From contig CM052817.1 in NCBI GenBank assembly GCA_028534125.1, positions 8,062,001 through 8,122,000 on the forward strand: a stretch of 60,000 bases of DNA. The letters run 5' to 3'. Both the position numbers and the translations under genes were made by a program. Of this stretch, positions 27,636 to 41,100 are shown in pieces. This DNA comes from Lama glama. Taxonomy: Eukaryota. Below the pieces are notes generated by a model. The model was not told the origin of the DNA. It saw nothing but the letters and a program-made list of their open reading frames with translations, and did no database searches. How positions within the stretch are numbered: position 1 is the stretch's first letter; each line of letters opens with the position of its first letter.

Positions 27636-30384
27636 AGAAAATGGACTCTAAATAATCTAACAAATGAATGATAAAATGAGCCTAAGAAACCATCTCCGAA
27701 GATTAGACAGAATTTTAATTACACATAAAGCTAAAATGAAAAACTCTCTTAAAATTGTATGGCAGTAAGTATGTTCAATTAAGCAGACCTATAACTGAAC
27801 ATAGTTTGGGTCATCATATTTTAGGAATAGAAGGTGCTTATGATTGCCCAGTACAGTCCTCTCATTTTACACGAGGATCATCTCAAATGATTAAATAAAT
27901 TGCTGAGGTAACGTAGCTAGATAAAATGGCAGTAGCAGGACAAAGTTTTCCGATCTCCACTACAGTGTTCTTTTAATCTAATATTGGATTTATTCTACAA
28001 TCACTGCAAATAGAAATTAAAATAAACTATTTAAGGGGCTTAAATTACATTAGTGAAAATTTCAAATCTTTCCACACACAGAAAAACCTGATAGCCATGT
28101 TATTTTATTTAGTATTTTATTTAATATTAATATTGAACAATTAATTTCTTCTAAAATTTAAAATCAGAGATTCATCATAAAAGAAACAAAAGGTGGATTA
28201 TGCTTTATTGTTTAATAAACCTTCTCTATCAAGACAATAAAAAGATAGACTGAAATCATATAAACAGACTGCTATGACTGAAATGCTTACACAATTCCCC
28301 CAAAACAAACAAAACCAAACCACAAAAGCCATAATACTTCTCAAGCTAAGTAAACTGTATACTGTCAAAACGGTTCGAAGTGGGTCATTCCAAAAAAGTA
28401 ACCCTGTAATGACATAATAACACCACTGCAACAACTGTCAGGTGAAAAATAGTTTTTGATTAGTATTATGAAAAAAGCACTCATTTGACATTTTCTTCCC
28501 CAATGTCAGTCACAACACCAGTCTGAATGCAAGCTTATGCATGTAATTTGAGGAAAATACTCAGCCAATTAAACTTGAAATACTATCAAGATATCCTTAA
28601 AGTATAGTAGGTGTGTGAAGTACCACATACAAGAAGAGCTTTAAGTGTGTATATTAAAATACTCTCCAAGTATAAGGAGTACTGATGCTATCAGTATCAG
28701 AATAAGACGCTATCAGCATCCACCAGTAAGGAAATCATCACAGCAATATTTGGCAAATTTACATGCAAAGAGAGGGGCAAAAAGAGGAAAATGAAGCAAC
28801 AGAAACAGAAATATGACGTCAGTCTGAAAAAGACACTTGGATCTGATATTCTGGTTTACTATTCCCAGAACAAAAAGAACTAAAGTATTAAAACAAATGG
28901 GTAAAGGGTGGAATATTTTAATTTAGAACGTATAAACAGAATGAACTTTTCAAATCCTCAGGTTTTTGTTTATGCTTTATAAATTGTAAACTCTCTTAAG
29001 CAAATTGGTATTATGGTTCACTCATTCACTTTGTTATAATATTGTAGATGATAAATTTTATAGAAGTCAATATGAATCCTTCCAAATAGAAATCAAAGTA
29101 AATGTTACCTACATTTCACATTTTCACTCTCCAGATGAAATAGGAATTTTTGAAGACTTAAAAGAGGCACAGTATAGGGAAGTACTTTCATGTAAATCTC
29201 CATGAAGTTCTCAGAGCTGGACATATAAGCATCTCATACTCCTCTATTACTAAGAATAAAGAATAGTCTTTAAAAGGCTTGTGATAATTTTACTGAGAGC
29301 ATCAGTAAAATTTTCAACTTAAAATTTACTTGTTTTACTAATACATTTCCTCTGAGTTCAGGGAACACAACTAACAGGGTACATTAAAATGTAACCTTTG
29401 AACCTCACAGTGTAAAACATCACTTCCTGGGCAGAGATAGTACTCCAAGAACAATCAATCACTGTTAAAAAGAATATACACTCAACATTGTTAATTAGTG
29501 TTGATGCACTCTTCTCTATGCCCTCATCTGTCATGAAGATTGTTTAAAAATCTGAGTTATTAGTCTTTATTTGGGAAAGGATCTGTTTAATATCTTTAAG
29601 AGTAGAAATCATTCATCCATACACTCTACACTGGAGCGTGATAATTCCTACTCTCTATACAAGTTACTGATAACCACCACCCCTCCACTAACTTAGAAGC
29701 TATAAATCAGGAAGGGGGCAGCTCCTATGCAACCCTGTTAATTTCTGTTTACAATCTATCCAACTGAGAATGTTAGCCAGTCAGGGAAGAAACTAGGTGA
29801 TGGATCAGATAGTAGGAAAACATAACAGCTTAAAGATAGAAAATAACACAATGACAAATTAAAATGCCATGTGGTTATAAAACACGGGTTGAATATAAAA
29901 TTAACCTTTAAAAAATTTAATATTCCTGAATGTTCACTTCATTTTAATTTGAACCTTCTGTGAAACACTGAAAGAAAAATTAAAATTATACTTGACTAAA
30001 GATTATGATTTTTTAAATTAAACAGAGAAATTAAAAATTTGTAAATAAAAAGTTGAAAGTATAGGTTTCTACATATAAAAGTCACAAGTTAAGAAAATGA
30101 AGCAAAATTCTTAATTTTTTTAGATTTATTTAACCTAAAATCATGACATAAAATCTGTGACATTTAACCTCAGACATGATCCAGCATAAAATAACTTTGA
30201 TGTGTTTCCTAAGAAATTCTGACGCTATTCACCAGAGTGGAATTCAGTAGGCCAGTTGGGCCCAAAGGCCATCTAATAGGTTCGCTGTATCTACATATGT
30301 ATTTTTCCTCATTAAGAAAACCATTTTCCCTGAATAACACATCCCAGGCCATAAACACTTCTAATTTCAACAGTCTTCATGAAA

Positions 30385-31018
30385 GGCTTTTATTCATTCA
30401 GTATTCATTCTTTCAGGCACTGTTCTAAGCGATCAGGTCCTTAGCTTTCACAGAGTTTAGATTTTAGTAGGGAAAGATATATAACAAAAAATGGTATCAG
30501 ACGACAATGAGACTATGCAGATAACTGAAACAGAACATCCCGACAGAAAGGGACTCGATGACTTATGTAGATTTGAGTGGTCAAGGACCCCAACTCTGAG
30601 AAGATGACATTTGCCCAAATGACAAAATGGAGCCAGCCAAGTAAGACTGGAAGGAAAAGCATTTTGAGCAGAAGAAACCCTAAATTCCAAATTAACTTGG
30701 AATGTTTTAGGAATAGAAAAAAAGACAAATGTGCCTTACATATATTATTGACAAGAGAGCATTTAGTAGAACATGAGGTCTGAGAGGTAGGGAGGAGCCA
30801 GATCACCTAGTGCTTGATAAACTTGGATAAGGAGTTTGGATTTCACTCTAAATATAATGAGAAAGCACTACAGGATTTTAAGAATAAAAGTTATCCAATA
30901 TGATTTGCCATCTGGGAACTGGATTGTAGGAGAGCAAAGCTAGGAGCAGGAGGAGCAGTTAGGAAGCTAGTGCCATAGTTCACATGAGAGATGATGACAG
31001 TGTGTTAGGCCATGGTCA
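30385..31018. mobile_element. L2 3' fragment
   Basis: ttcattcag...caggcactgttctaag...ggagccagatcac...aggagtttggatttc...gtgccatagttcacatgagagatgatg. Confidence 0.8.
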
Positions 31019-31809
31019 GGTCCACCCCGTAATAAGCCCATAGTAAGTGGACACAGAGTGAAAATCCACAGGCTCTGATCAAGTGAGAGGGGCCCACTGC
31101 TGGGGGAGCAAGACCTTCAAGGCCAGGAGGCCAGTTACTAAGCCTGGCGGATCTGGCTCCCTGAACTGCAGGTGTTCCCTTAGGTGGTAACATAACTGTT
31201 TCCGGATGCTTACATTGCTGGATCCATCGCCTGTCAGATATCGTACTGCACTTGGGCTACAGATTTCATCAAACTTCAACAGAACTTCCCTAAAACACAG
31301 AATAAGTAGATGACCTACTCTTTTTCCCATCTTGAAAGTTACCTACCAGGAATTTTTTTTTTTACCTCACCAGGGAAAAGTAGGGCCTTCCATGGAGATT
31401 TGAACATAAATGTATTTATTAATCCCAACAACTAGACAAAGCAAAAGAAAGTTAAAATTTTAGAAAACTTGAAGATGGTAGAGAAAAAGAATAAAATTAA
31501 GACTTAGGTTAGCAGGTCCCAACTACTCCTTAAGCACTCTCTTTGGTTCAAACCTTTGCACAGATTGACAATGGCTAGTTGAATATACATAGTTGGCACT
31601 CAAGAATGGTTGCTGAATGAATTGCCCTACCCATGGTATGGGAAGTATCATGAAAAAAAAAACAAGGTGTAAGACTGGGACAAAGGAATTCTCTATGAAC
31701 AATTTCCTTCAGGCTACTTTTGTAAAATAACTAGTTCAGCTCTACTAATTTGTAATTTGTGATCTTTCAAATTGAAGCTATAGTCAGTGCTTTTAAAAAG
31801 GCTATTATG

Positions 31810-32060
31810 ATTAATAATAACTAATAGTTTATTGAGCACTTATGGTGTATAAGACCACATACCAAGTATTTTGCATGTAATAGTTCATTTAATCTTTAAA
31901 CCAACTTAATCAGACAGAAACTATTATTCTTATTTTCAAATGAAGAAATTGAGGCTTAAAGACATAAAGTAACTTGTTAGATACCACACTGCTCGGGCTT
32001 GTAAGCAAAGTCTGTCTAAAGTTAAGGCCCAATGATGTTAACCACAACTCAATGCTTCAT
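31810..32060. mobile_element. MIR SINE
   Basis: tttattgagcactta...caaatgaagaaattgaggctt. Confidence 0.7.
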
Positions 32061-32151
32061 TTAAAACCTTAAATAGTACCAACTAAGAACACGAACTAGC
32101 ACTTTATAGCCTTTAGAATAGAGTATAAAAGTAACTAAATTAATTTAAGCA

Positions 32152-32384
32152 CAGCTGACCCTTGAACAACACGGGTTTGAACTGCGCAGGTCCACCTACA
32201 CGATGGTTTTTTTCTATAGTAACATTGCAGCACTACATGATCCAAAGTTGATCCAATCCATGGCTACAGAACTGTGGATAAAGAGGAACTGTGTTTACAA
32301 GGACTTACTGTAAGTTACACACGGATTTTTGACTGCGGGAAAGAAACATGTCCCTAACTCCTGTGTTGTTCAAGGGTCAAAATG
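32152..32384. mobile_element. Tigger2-family non-autonomous element (MITE)
   Basis: Terminal inverted repeats cagctgacccttgaacaacacggg ... cctgtgttgttcaagggtcaa. Confidence 0.88.
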
Positions 32385-34906
32385 TATTACATGTTTTTAA
32401 GTATTAATGCTGAAATAATTAATTTACTAATTACCAATTCTATTTCATTAAAGCAAGTATCCTCCTCTGCTGGCTATATCATTAACCTTCTCTAGTTGAT
32501 CTCTGTATTTAGCTGTAATAAAATATAATGTTTATAAAAATAAACCCATAATTCTTCTTTATCTAAGACTCAGCCCAATTTCTGAGAGTTTTATGTTTTA
32601 ATAAAAAGCAAATGATTTTATAACTTACTAATTATAAGCTCATACTATGTAACAAATTCACACACACACACTCTTTGTATAGAAACTTTCTATCTCACCC
32701 TTTTGCTAAACTTTGGCTAAAAGCTGCCAATATTTTCACAGCCTACACATACTTCTTTTCAACATATGCTTTCTATTTAAGTTGCAAAGAATAGTACACA
32801 ATGATGAATTTTTAAAAGCACATTTAGGCAGAAGATGACTCTGTATAGATAATGATCATAATAATCTAATTTCAAATGTCTTTCCATAATGTTTTTTATG
32901 CTTTGCCTCTACCCAGTATGTAAAGTCTTTGCCTTTTAATATAATTATATCCCTCAAAAAGAAAATTAATGCATACTACTATACTAATGTAACATCAAGT
33001 TGGAAATACAAATTGTAAGACCATTCACTACATGATTGTATTGATTATATGGAATTGGGTCACTGACATTATGGTAAATAATATAGAGGAAAATGTTTAT
33101 CTATAATCACTTAATTTTATACATATAACATTCTGTGTCACTGCAAACTCTGTTATATGATCTCATTCTGAAAGAGAGTATTATAAATATGAGAAAGGGG
33201 TTAGAGCTAAGCCAAAAGCAAAAAAATTCTCTTGACTTTAACGCCATTAAGTCTCAAACATAACACTATATTCATTTTTTGCATAAATTCATATAACTTA
33301 TATAAATGTATGTTTTTAAAACCTAAGATGGCATCACCAGTATAGTCCAATAGACCATCTAGTCTGACAACCTGTCTTAGACAGGGACCAATGGTGGATG
33401 CCTCACAGGACAGCACAAACACACAACATAATGTACATAATCATGCACAAGTACTCCAGATGGTGGTGAGATTATATCCTAAAAAAAATGAAAACAAATC
33501 CCAACCCCCATTACTCCTCTATTCTATAATTTCCCAAAAGGTGATGGGAAATCTCCAGTAAAGCACAAATTTAACTATAATATAAGCCAATGCTTTGGTG
33601 ACATGACAAATGACTAAGAAATGATCTCCTAAAATGAAAAGCTGCACTCAGAAAATAGAATCTAAACTCATCAAAACTTATGATTTGTAAAGGGGGATTT
33701 CAATGAATTGAAAAGCTTCTGATTCACTCAATTAGATCCATGAAAGAGATGAGCAAAATTTAACTAAAGCTTAAAAAAAGGTGTATCTTGTACCCAAGCC
33801 ATCTATTTTGTGGTATGTAATACTGTTTTCTAGAAAGTATTATAAAACTCATATTTTTAACTCTTCAGAGAAATGATATTCACACCTGCTTTGTAATGGT
33901 TTTAAAGTAAGGCTTGGATTTATTAAATGTTCATCTAAATGTGCAAAACCACATCATGAAGAAATCGCAGTTTAGTCCTTCAGGAAGTACTATTTCCTAA
34001 ACAATTACAGACAAAAAATGCACTATATTTTTAAAGACTTTTGGAGAAGATAATTCTCTTGGTAGTATACTTGGGTATTGATTTAACAATGTTTATAGCC
34101 AGGAAACAGTTCCTGACCTGAATTCTCCATGGTATAATTTAATTCATTTTCTCTTTTTCTGACCTCAAATAAGTTGTAGAAGATTAGGTCATATCATAAC
34201 ATTTTATATATTTGAAACCCTTATTAAGGTCTCCTTTTCCAGGGTAACTGCATTGTAGAACTATGAACCAAGTAAGAATCCTGTACTGAATTCAGTCTTA
34301 TAATTTTTATGTGCTGTATATCATATAGCCCAAGAGACAGATCTAAAAAATTATTTATCCATCATTTTTACCAAGCACCATTCCTCCCCCAATACACTTT
34401 TTTTCAAAAAAAAAAAAATCTTTAAGAACAAACCTAAAAAATTTAGAAAGGGAAGCTCATGAGATGAGAGCAAGGAACAATGCACACAAAATTCCATGCA
34501 GACACTGCTTTCTTCCCTAGAATAGGGTATCATTTAATGAAATGTATCTCTCAAAATCTCTGGGGCAGAGCTGAAGCTGCAGTGCAGTATCATGAAATCT
34601 GCAGCTGTGTTGCTGTTCTTAATAGTCCACACTGCTTCCTTAGACCACAGGAAGCCAAAACACACAGTCAGAACAGAACTTACCTTAACGAGGAACTGGC
34701 CAAAGCAGCAGAGGAGTTACGACAGATCAAGCATCAAAACTGTTATTGAAAAGAGTGAGCACATCTTTAGGAATTTTCTCCTCAAGCAACTTGTTCACTC
34801 CAGGAAAGTGGTATCTATTTATGTTTCCAATCACCAAATTTTTTTAGGAATAAAAACTATAGGATAGGCAAATAAACTTTACTATAGATAAACATTAATA
34901 ACTTAC

Positions 34907-35036
34907 TTTTATTGCCCACCAAGGCAACCAGTGGCTGAGTTTCTGACTCCTCACTCACTTTCTTCACGACAGAATACCAATCTTCTAAATTCTCAAAGCT
35001 TTGATAATTTGTAATATCATATACCAAGAGGATTCC
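34907..35036 (-). CDS. RAB28: RAB28 coding exon 4 ([43 protein letters not shown])
   Basis: Acceptor ttttgtgacag|GGA, donor AAA|gtaagt. 130 nt, ends in phase 1 within the G4 box (GNK-I-D). Confidence 0.98.
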
Positions 35037-35369
35037 CTGTCACAAAAGAGTTATGGAGTATTTGTAACACAACAGTTGAAAAAAATATTAAAACCAAATA
35101 TACTTAAGCAATAGATACTACTAGTAGTCTAGCAGTCTAGCAGAGCATAAAAATACAAACATGGACTGTTTGTATCTGACTTCAATTTAGTTGTCAGCAG
35201 ACAGATAACACTAAATATTTTCATTTAAGATAAATCCAGCAATTAAAATACAATGCAAGCTAAAGAATAATTTTATCTATTTGTAAGTGGCTTCCCAATG
35301 AAATATCTGGGATATGTTTGGTAAGTTACAATAAATATAAGAAAATCATATCACAAAGGTGGAAAAAAA

Positions 35370-35975
35370 CTGCAAGGTCCACAAGTCTGCCTGTCACTTT
35401 CATGAGGTCAGACATTTAAACTTCTCAATAAATAACCATCTGCTGCTGCTGCTCTCTTTTAAATATTTTCAAAAATGGAGATTCCATGACATCCCTTGAT
35501 AGTCAATTTCAGTGTTTAACACAATTTTCTTTAAATGAAATAAGTCGACTTCCTCTTTTGGTCCTCTGTGCATTTGGAGAACAACGTGAGAGTGTCCTCC
35601 TTATACTAACCCTTCATGCACTTGAAGATAGCTGAGTAACTCCTTCACCAGCTCCTCTCCAGAATAAACAAACTCAATTCCTTAAACTTGCCTCAAAGGA
35701 CCTATTTTCTATCCCTTTAATCATAATTATTGGTTCTTCCCAGGGCATGCTACGTACAGTTTTTTGACATCCTCTTTAAAATGAGCAATGTAGAACTGGA
35801 CATGATACTGTAATAAGAGCCTGAACAAAGCCAAATGTAACAGAGGAATTGCTTCCTGCCTCTTATATATCATATTCCTTTTAATATATCCCATTATTTT
35901 GTGTGGGAAGGAGAAGTATGTACACATACACAAATAACAGTGCCACATTCTTGATTCTCATCCAATTTGTGGTTA
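35370..35975 (-). mobile_element. CR1/L3 LINE 3' fragment
   Basis: Minus peptide GYIKRNMIYKRQEAIPLLHLALFRLLLQYHVQFY...KEDVKKL resembles the CR1 ORF2 C-terminus (LGCIKRS...[21 protein letters not shown]). Confidence 0.8.
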
Positions 35976-36044
35976 AACGCTTAATACAAAGCTCTGCATA
36001 TAGTATGCCTGGATCCTAATAGCATTTAGTCTCCTTCTTAAGTT

Positions 36045-36370
36045 ATAATCATAAATGCTGACTACTTTTTTACACCTGCTATGTACCAGACATGTATTAA
36101 TCTTCACAACAATCATGCAAGACTGGTATTATTATCCTCATTTTACTAATACACAGAGGTCAAACACAAAGTAACACAGAGCCAGGATTTGAATCAAGGA
36201 CTGCATGAATATAAAGCCCACTCATTCATTCTACAAACATTTGTCTGCCAACTATAAGCCAAGCATTGTGCTGGGTACTAAGGATATACATTCCAACCTC
36301 AAGGAACTCACAGTCTTGCAGCAAAGCCAGACACATAAACAGACAAGTATATAACACAGAAGTCATGGCT
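36045..36370. mobile_element. MIR followed by an L2 3' end
   Basis: attatcctcattttac...agccaggatttgaa; cattcattc...ccaagcattgtgctggg. Confidence 0.65.
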
Positions 36371-36374
36371 AAGC

Positions 36375-36740
36375 ACATGCAGGTAAATATTAATCAACCA
36401 GCTCAAGCATGTTAGGGGTAGGGAAGAGAGTGTTATCTGTAACATTTGTCAGTTTCTGTAATGCAAATACTCATCTGTGGCCATTTTCAAGCTATTAATG
36501 TCACTTTACTGAACTGAGTTGTGGAGTATACCACTATTTATACCAAGAGCACAGATAACAGAAATGTATAGGAAAATAATTAGTAAGTGATACATTTTGA
36601 TTATATAAATCTTTGTTTTTAATATAATTTGAGTTTACGTGTAATTTTTATTCATGAATGTATTCAACAACCAGCTCACAAAAATTCATCAGAATTTCAC
36701 AATTGACTCTTCTAGTCTGGCTCTAGCTTACTACCATTAT
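36375..36740. mobile_element. MER63-like hAT element
   Basis: aaatactc...ggccattttcaagcta...aacaaccagctcacaaaaattc pattern. Confidence 0.55.
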
Positions 36741-37632
36741 GACCTTCCAGTACTATGCTTTTATTTTTCCTCCAGTTTTATTGAGAAATAATTGACATAC
36801 ATCACCGGACAAGTTTAAGACATACAGCATGATGGTTTAATTTACATATATTGCATGGTCTTTTATTATTCAATTACACTGGTCCCTAAGTCACTTAGAC
36901 TCTCTGGATCTCAGGTTGTTTGCCTGTAGAATTAGATCACTGAGTTAAACAGTCTCTAAGATCCCTTTCAGTTCAATTATTCTATAATTTTATGTAAAAT
37001 CGCTTGTCTGATTTACTTCAGTAACTTATACATGTATTTCTGTGTGTCTTCCTAAATGCTTTGTAATAATGCTCAGTACAGAATTATTTGAGATAATGAG
37101 CATAATCCCACTTTTCTCATTTAGAATAACACACCAGAATTGGCCTCTGAACAAAGCTAGTATTTAATCTGTTGACTCAACCTCCAGTTGACATGAGTGA
37201 TACAATACATTATGTTAAAAGAACTCTGCCCTGGAAGTCAGATCACTGATCTTGGGCAATGCCTCTGTCATCCACCATTATAATACCTGTCATGCCTAAG
37301 TGATTAAGTGAAGTAATAAAAATAGACTTATTTTAAAACTAACATCCTACACAATTGCTGGGAACTTTTTAAATTATTCTGAGTGAATATGAATTACATT
37401 TCAAGGTGACTTTGAGGTAGTTTTTACTCTCATAAATTGAGCCTTGATGGTGCCTCTTAAAGCTTAAAATTTTTAGAACCCTTCTAACAACATATTAAAA
37501 TATCCATCAACACAACATGGGTTAATACCTGAATGTAATAAAATATATGCAAATAAAACACAGCCAGCATCTCTTGATAATCAGTACTAGACGAGAGCTA
37601 TACAATAAAAATTAAATACCACTGATCTAGAC

Positions 37633-37843
37633 CAGGAGTTGGTAAACTATGGCGCCCAGGTCAAATTCAGCTCATAGCCTGTATTTATAAATAAACTTTT
37701 GTTGAAATATAGTCATAGTTACTTGCTTAAGTATTATTAATGACTGCTTTTGCACTATAATAGCTGCAGCAGAGACAGTCTGACCTGCAAAATCTAAAAT
37801 ATTTTCTATTTGACTCTTTAAGGAAAAGCTGGCCAATTTCTGA
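37633..37843. mobile_element. MER58A-like hAT-Charlie element
   Basis: caggagttggtaaactatggc...ataaacttttgttgaaa...aaatattttctatttgactcttta. Confidence 0.8.
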
Positions 37844-38124
37844 TCTAAACCAATGTGTCCCAATACTCTTCAGTCAGTGACACTTATAAGTTGTCCAGGA
37901 CTCATAAGAAAGAAGGATAACATCTTTTCATAAACCTATCTATCTACCAACCCGAACATCTATCAGTTTATATACCCGTTTCTCAGTACCATCTAATGTA
38001 AAAATTATGATTTTATCTTTGCTCCTAACATGACAATTTTGTACCAGTTTTGACCTACATCAATGTGGTGAAAATCTGAGAAGGTAAAATGAGAAAACCA
38101 AAGACCTTAAAATACAAAAGAAGT

Positions 38125-41100
38125 ACCAGGACTTTTGGTTTCATGTAAAGAGCTTAGAAGTCATCACATCTGTCCTTGTAAGTAAGAAAAAAGTTGGACA
38201 AACTGAAAATCAATGACTTTTCTTGGACACAACAGAGAATTAAGTCTGCATGGCAAATTGCTACCCTGAAATCTGAAGAGACAGGCAAATTCAGAGTCAT
38301 AGCCAATATCTGCTTACTTGGAACAAAAGCCACTAGAGTCAGTAAACAGTAGAAATATTTAAATGGTAATTTTGATGAACTGCTGGAGGCTGAGTGTGGT
38401 CTAGTTTGAGAGTGAGAAACTCCTGGGGGAGAGGGCCTTTGGACATACTTGCGTGGGTTTTATTTCTAGGAACCCCACAAGATCCTCATGGTAAAGAGTC
38501 AAGAAAAAAATCCCCTCACAGCTCTGGCACGGGGAGGGAGAAAGTAACTACTTAAAATACCCCCAAGCATTATTTATCAAAAAGGCATACTCCCCAAGAA
38601 AAAAGCCTAGTTAGAGTCTTCTATCACATGGGAGAAGGGCAGTTCCAAACTCCAGCCCCTTCTAGCCATCCTGTCTCACTTAAGTCGGAAAAGCCAAGAA
38701 ATATCTATGAAGGTCACAGTCCAGGGACACATATGCGCTAAAAGGCTATGACTTAATCATAAGCGTATAGACTGTTTCTCCTCCTCCATGCTTCACCACA
38801 CATCAATAAGGCAGTAGATTACATCTGAAAGAGCTGCAAGACACAAACTTCAACTAAGGAAGAGCTCTCTGTCATGGTCAAAAACACAAGGGAGGGGAAG
38901 AAAAAGGGCACTAGAGGAACCTGATGTCTCTAACGCCTAAAGCTTCAACAAACATTAAACATAAACCAACTCCTGGTCAAATTAACATAACACTTCACAC
39001 TAAAGACCTATTTATTTGACTTCATATTGCTTGATACATCATGTCTAGTTTCCAGCAAAAAAATAAGCATTAGAACCACACTCAAATATGAGACTGATTT
39101 TAGAATGATCAGACCAGGCATTTAAAGTAACTGTGATTAATATTTTAATGACTCCAATAGAAAAGGTAGACAACATGAAAGAGCAGGTGGGTAACATACA
39201 CAGAGATGGAAACTTTGAAGAATAATAAAAAGGAAATACTAGACATCAAAAATATACTCTAACAGAAATAAAGAACATCATTGATAGGCTCATCAGTAGA
39301 CTGGACACAACCCAGAAAAGAATCACTGAGCTTAAAGATAAGACAATGCAAACTTCCAAAACTGAAATGCAAAGAGAAAAAAGAAAAAAAAAAATCAAAG
39401 AATTATGGGACAATTCTCAATGGTGTATCATGCATGGAACTGGAATACCAGAGGAGATGAGAGTATGGAACTTGAGAAATATTTGAAGTAATAATAGCCA
39501 AGAAACTGACAAAATTAAGACACCAAACCACAGACCCAAGAATCTCAGAGAGTATCTAGTAGGATAAATACCAAAACACCTACACTTAGGAACATCATAT
39601 ATTTAGAATTTAGACTGCATAAAACAAAACACAAAGAGAAAATCTGGAGAAAAGGCAAGGGGTGGAAGCCAAAAGGAGGGAAGGAATACCCTATCTATAC
39701 AGGAACAAGGGTTAAGAATTACAGATAATTTCTCATCAGAAACCATGCAATTAAGAAAATAATGGAGTGAAATATTTAAAGTGTTGAAAGGAAGAAAAGG
39801 GCCAATCTAAAATTCTATATGTAAAATTATCTTTCATGAATAAGGGAGAAATTAAGACTTTCTCAGATAAACAAAAACTGAGGAAATTCATAGCTAGAAG
39901 ACCTGCCTGAGAAGAAATGTTACAAGAGATTCTTTAAGGAGAAGGAAATGATAGAGGTCAGAAACTCAGTTCTATGTAAAGGAAGGAAGTATATCAGAGA
40001 AGGAACCAGTAAAGATAAAATAAAATCATTTTTCTTATTCTTAATTAATCTAAAATATAATTATTTCATATCAGTAACAATGTATTGAGTGATTATAGCA
40101 TAAAGATAAGTGAAATAAATGACAGTGATGCCATCAGGGGCAGGAGGAATGAACTGAGAACATTCATCCATTAAATATTTTATGAACTATACAGGAAGCA
40201 ATACAGTATCATATGAAGGTCAACTTATATTAGTTTAAAATGTATATTGAAAACTCTAGAGCAATTGCTTAAAAAATGTTTAAGTATAATTCACAGGCTA
40301 AGAGAAGAGATAAAATGCTCAAATAAAACCATGGGAAAGAGAAAGGGGCTGAGTGTGCAGGGGAAGCACAAGGAATAGAAAACAAACATGAAAGATAGGA
40401 ACCCAACTATATCAATAATCACTTTAAATGTGAATGGTCTAAATACACCAATTAAAAGACACCGTCAGAATGGATGAAAAACCAAGACTCAACTACATAT
40501 TGCCTATAGGTAACACCTTTTAAATATAAAGACATGGGTCAACATCAAGGGATATAGAAATATCATGCTAACACTAATGACAAGAAAGCTGCTGTAGCCA
40601 TATTTCAGACAAAGAAGACTTCAGAATAAGGGAAAATCATGCGATACAAAGATTGGCATAATGATAAAAGGGTTAATTCTCTAAGAAGACATAACAATCC
40701 TTTGTGTATACACACTTAACAACAGAGTATCAAAATACATGGTACTAAAATTGATAGAACTGTAAGGAATTCAAAATCCACAGATCCACTAGTACAGTTG
40801 GAGATTTCAACAACTTTTTCATTGATACATCAAGCAAGCAGAAAATCACTAAGCTGACCTGACCAGCACTAACAATCAGCTTCATCTAATTGGCATTTAT
40901 AAAACACTCCATCCAACAATATGAATATTTACACTCTTCTCAAGCTAGTACAAAACATTCACTATGACAGACTACATTCTGGGCCATAAAAATATATTAA
41001 CAAATTTATAAGAATAGAAATCATATCAAGCATATTCTTAGATTACAATAAGATTAAACTAGAAATCAATAATAGAAAGACAGTTGGAAAAACTCTAAAT

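Larger units (their letters stand above)
1..34906 (-). other. RAB28: RAB28 intron 4 (partial, continues beyond the window)
   Basis: No sequence encoding the expected next exon (IDLEHMR...) was seen between exon 4 and the window edge. Confidence 0.85.

Noticed and set aside
34480..34867. Two plus-strand ORFs (89 and 91 aa) near exon 4
   Set aside because: Antisense to RAB28 with no recognisable homology. The minus-strand splice-site reading explains the region better.
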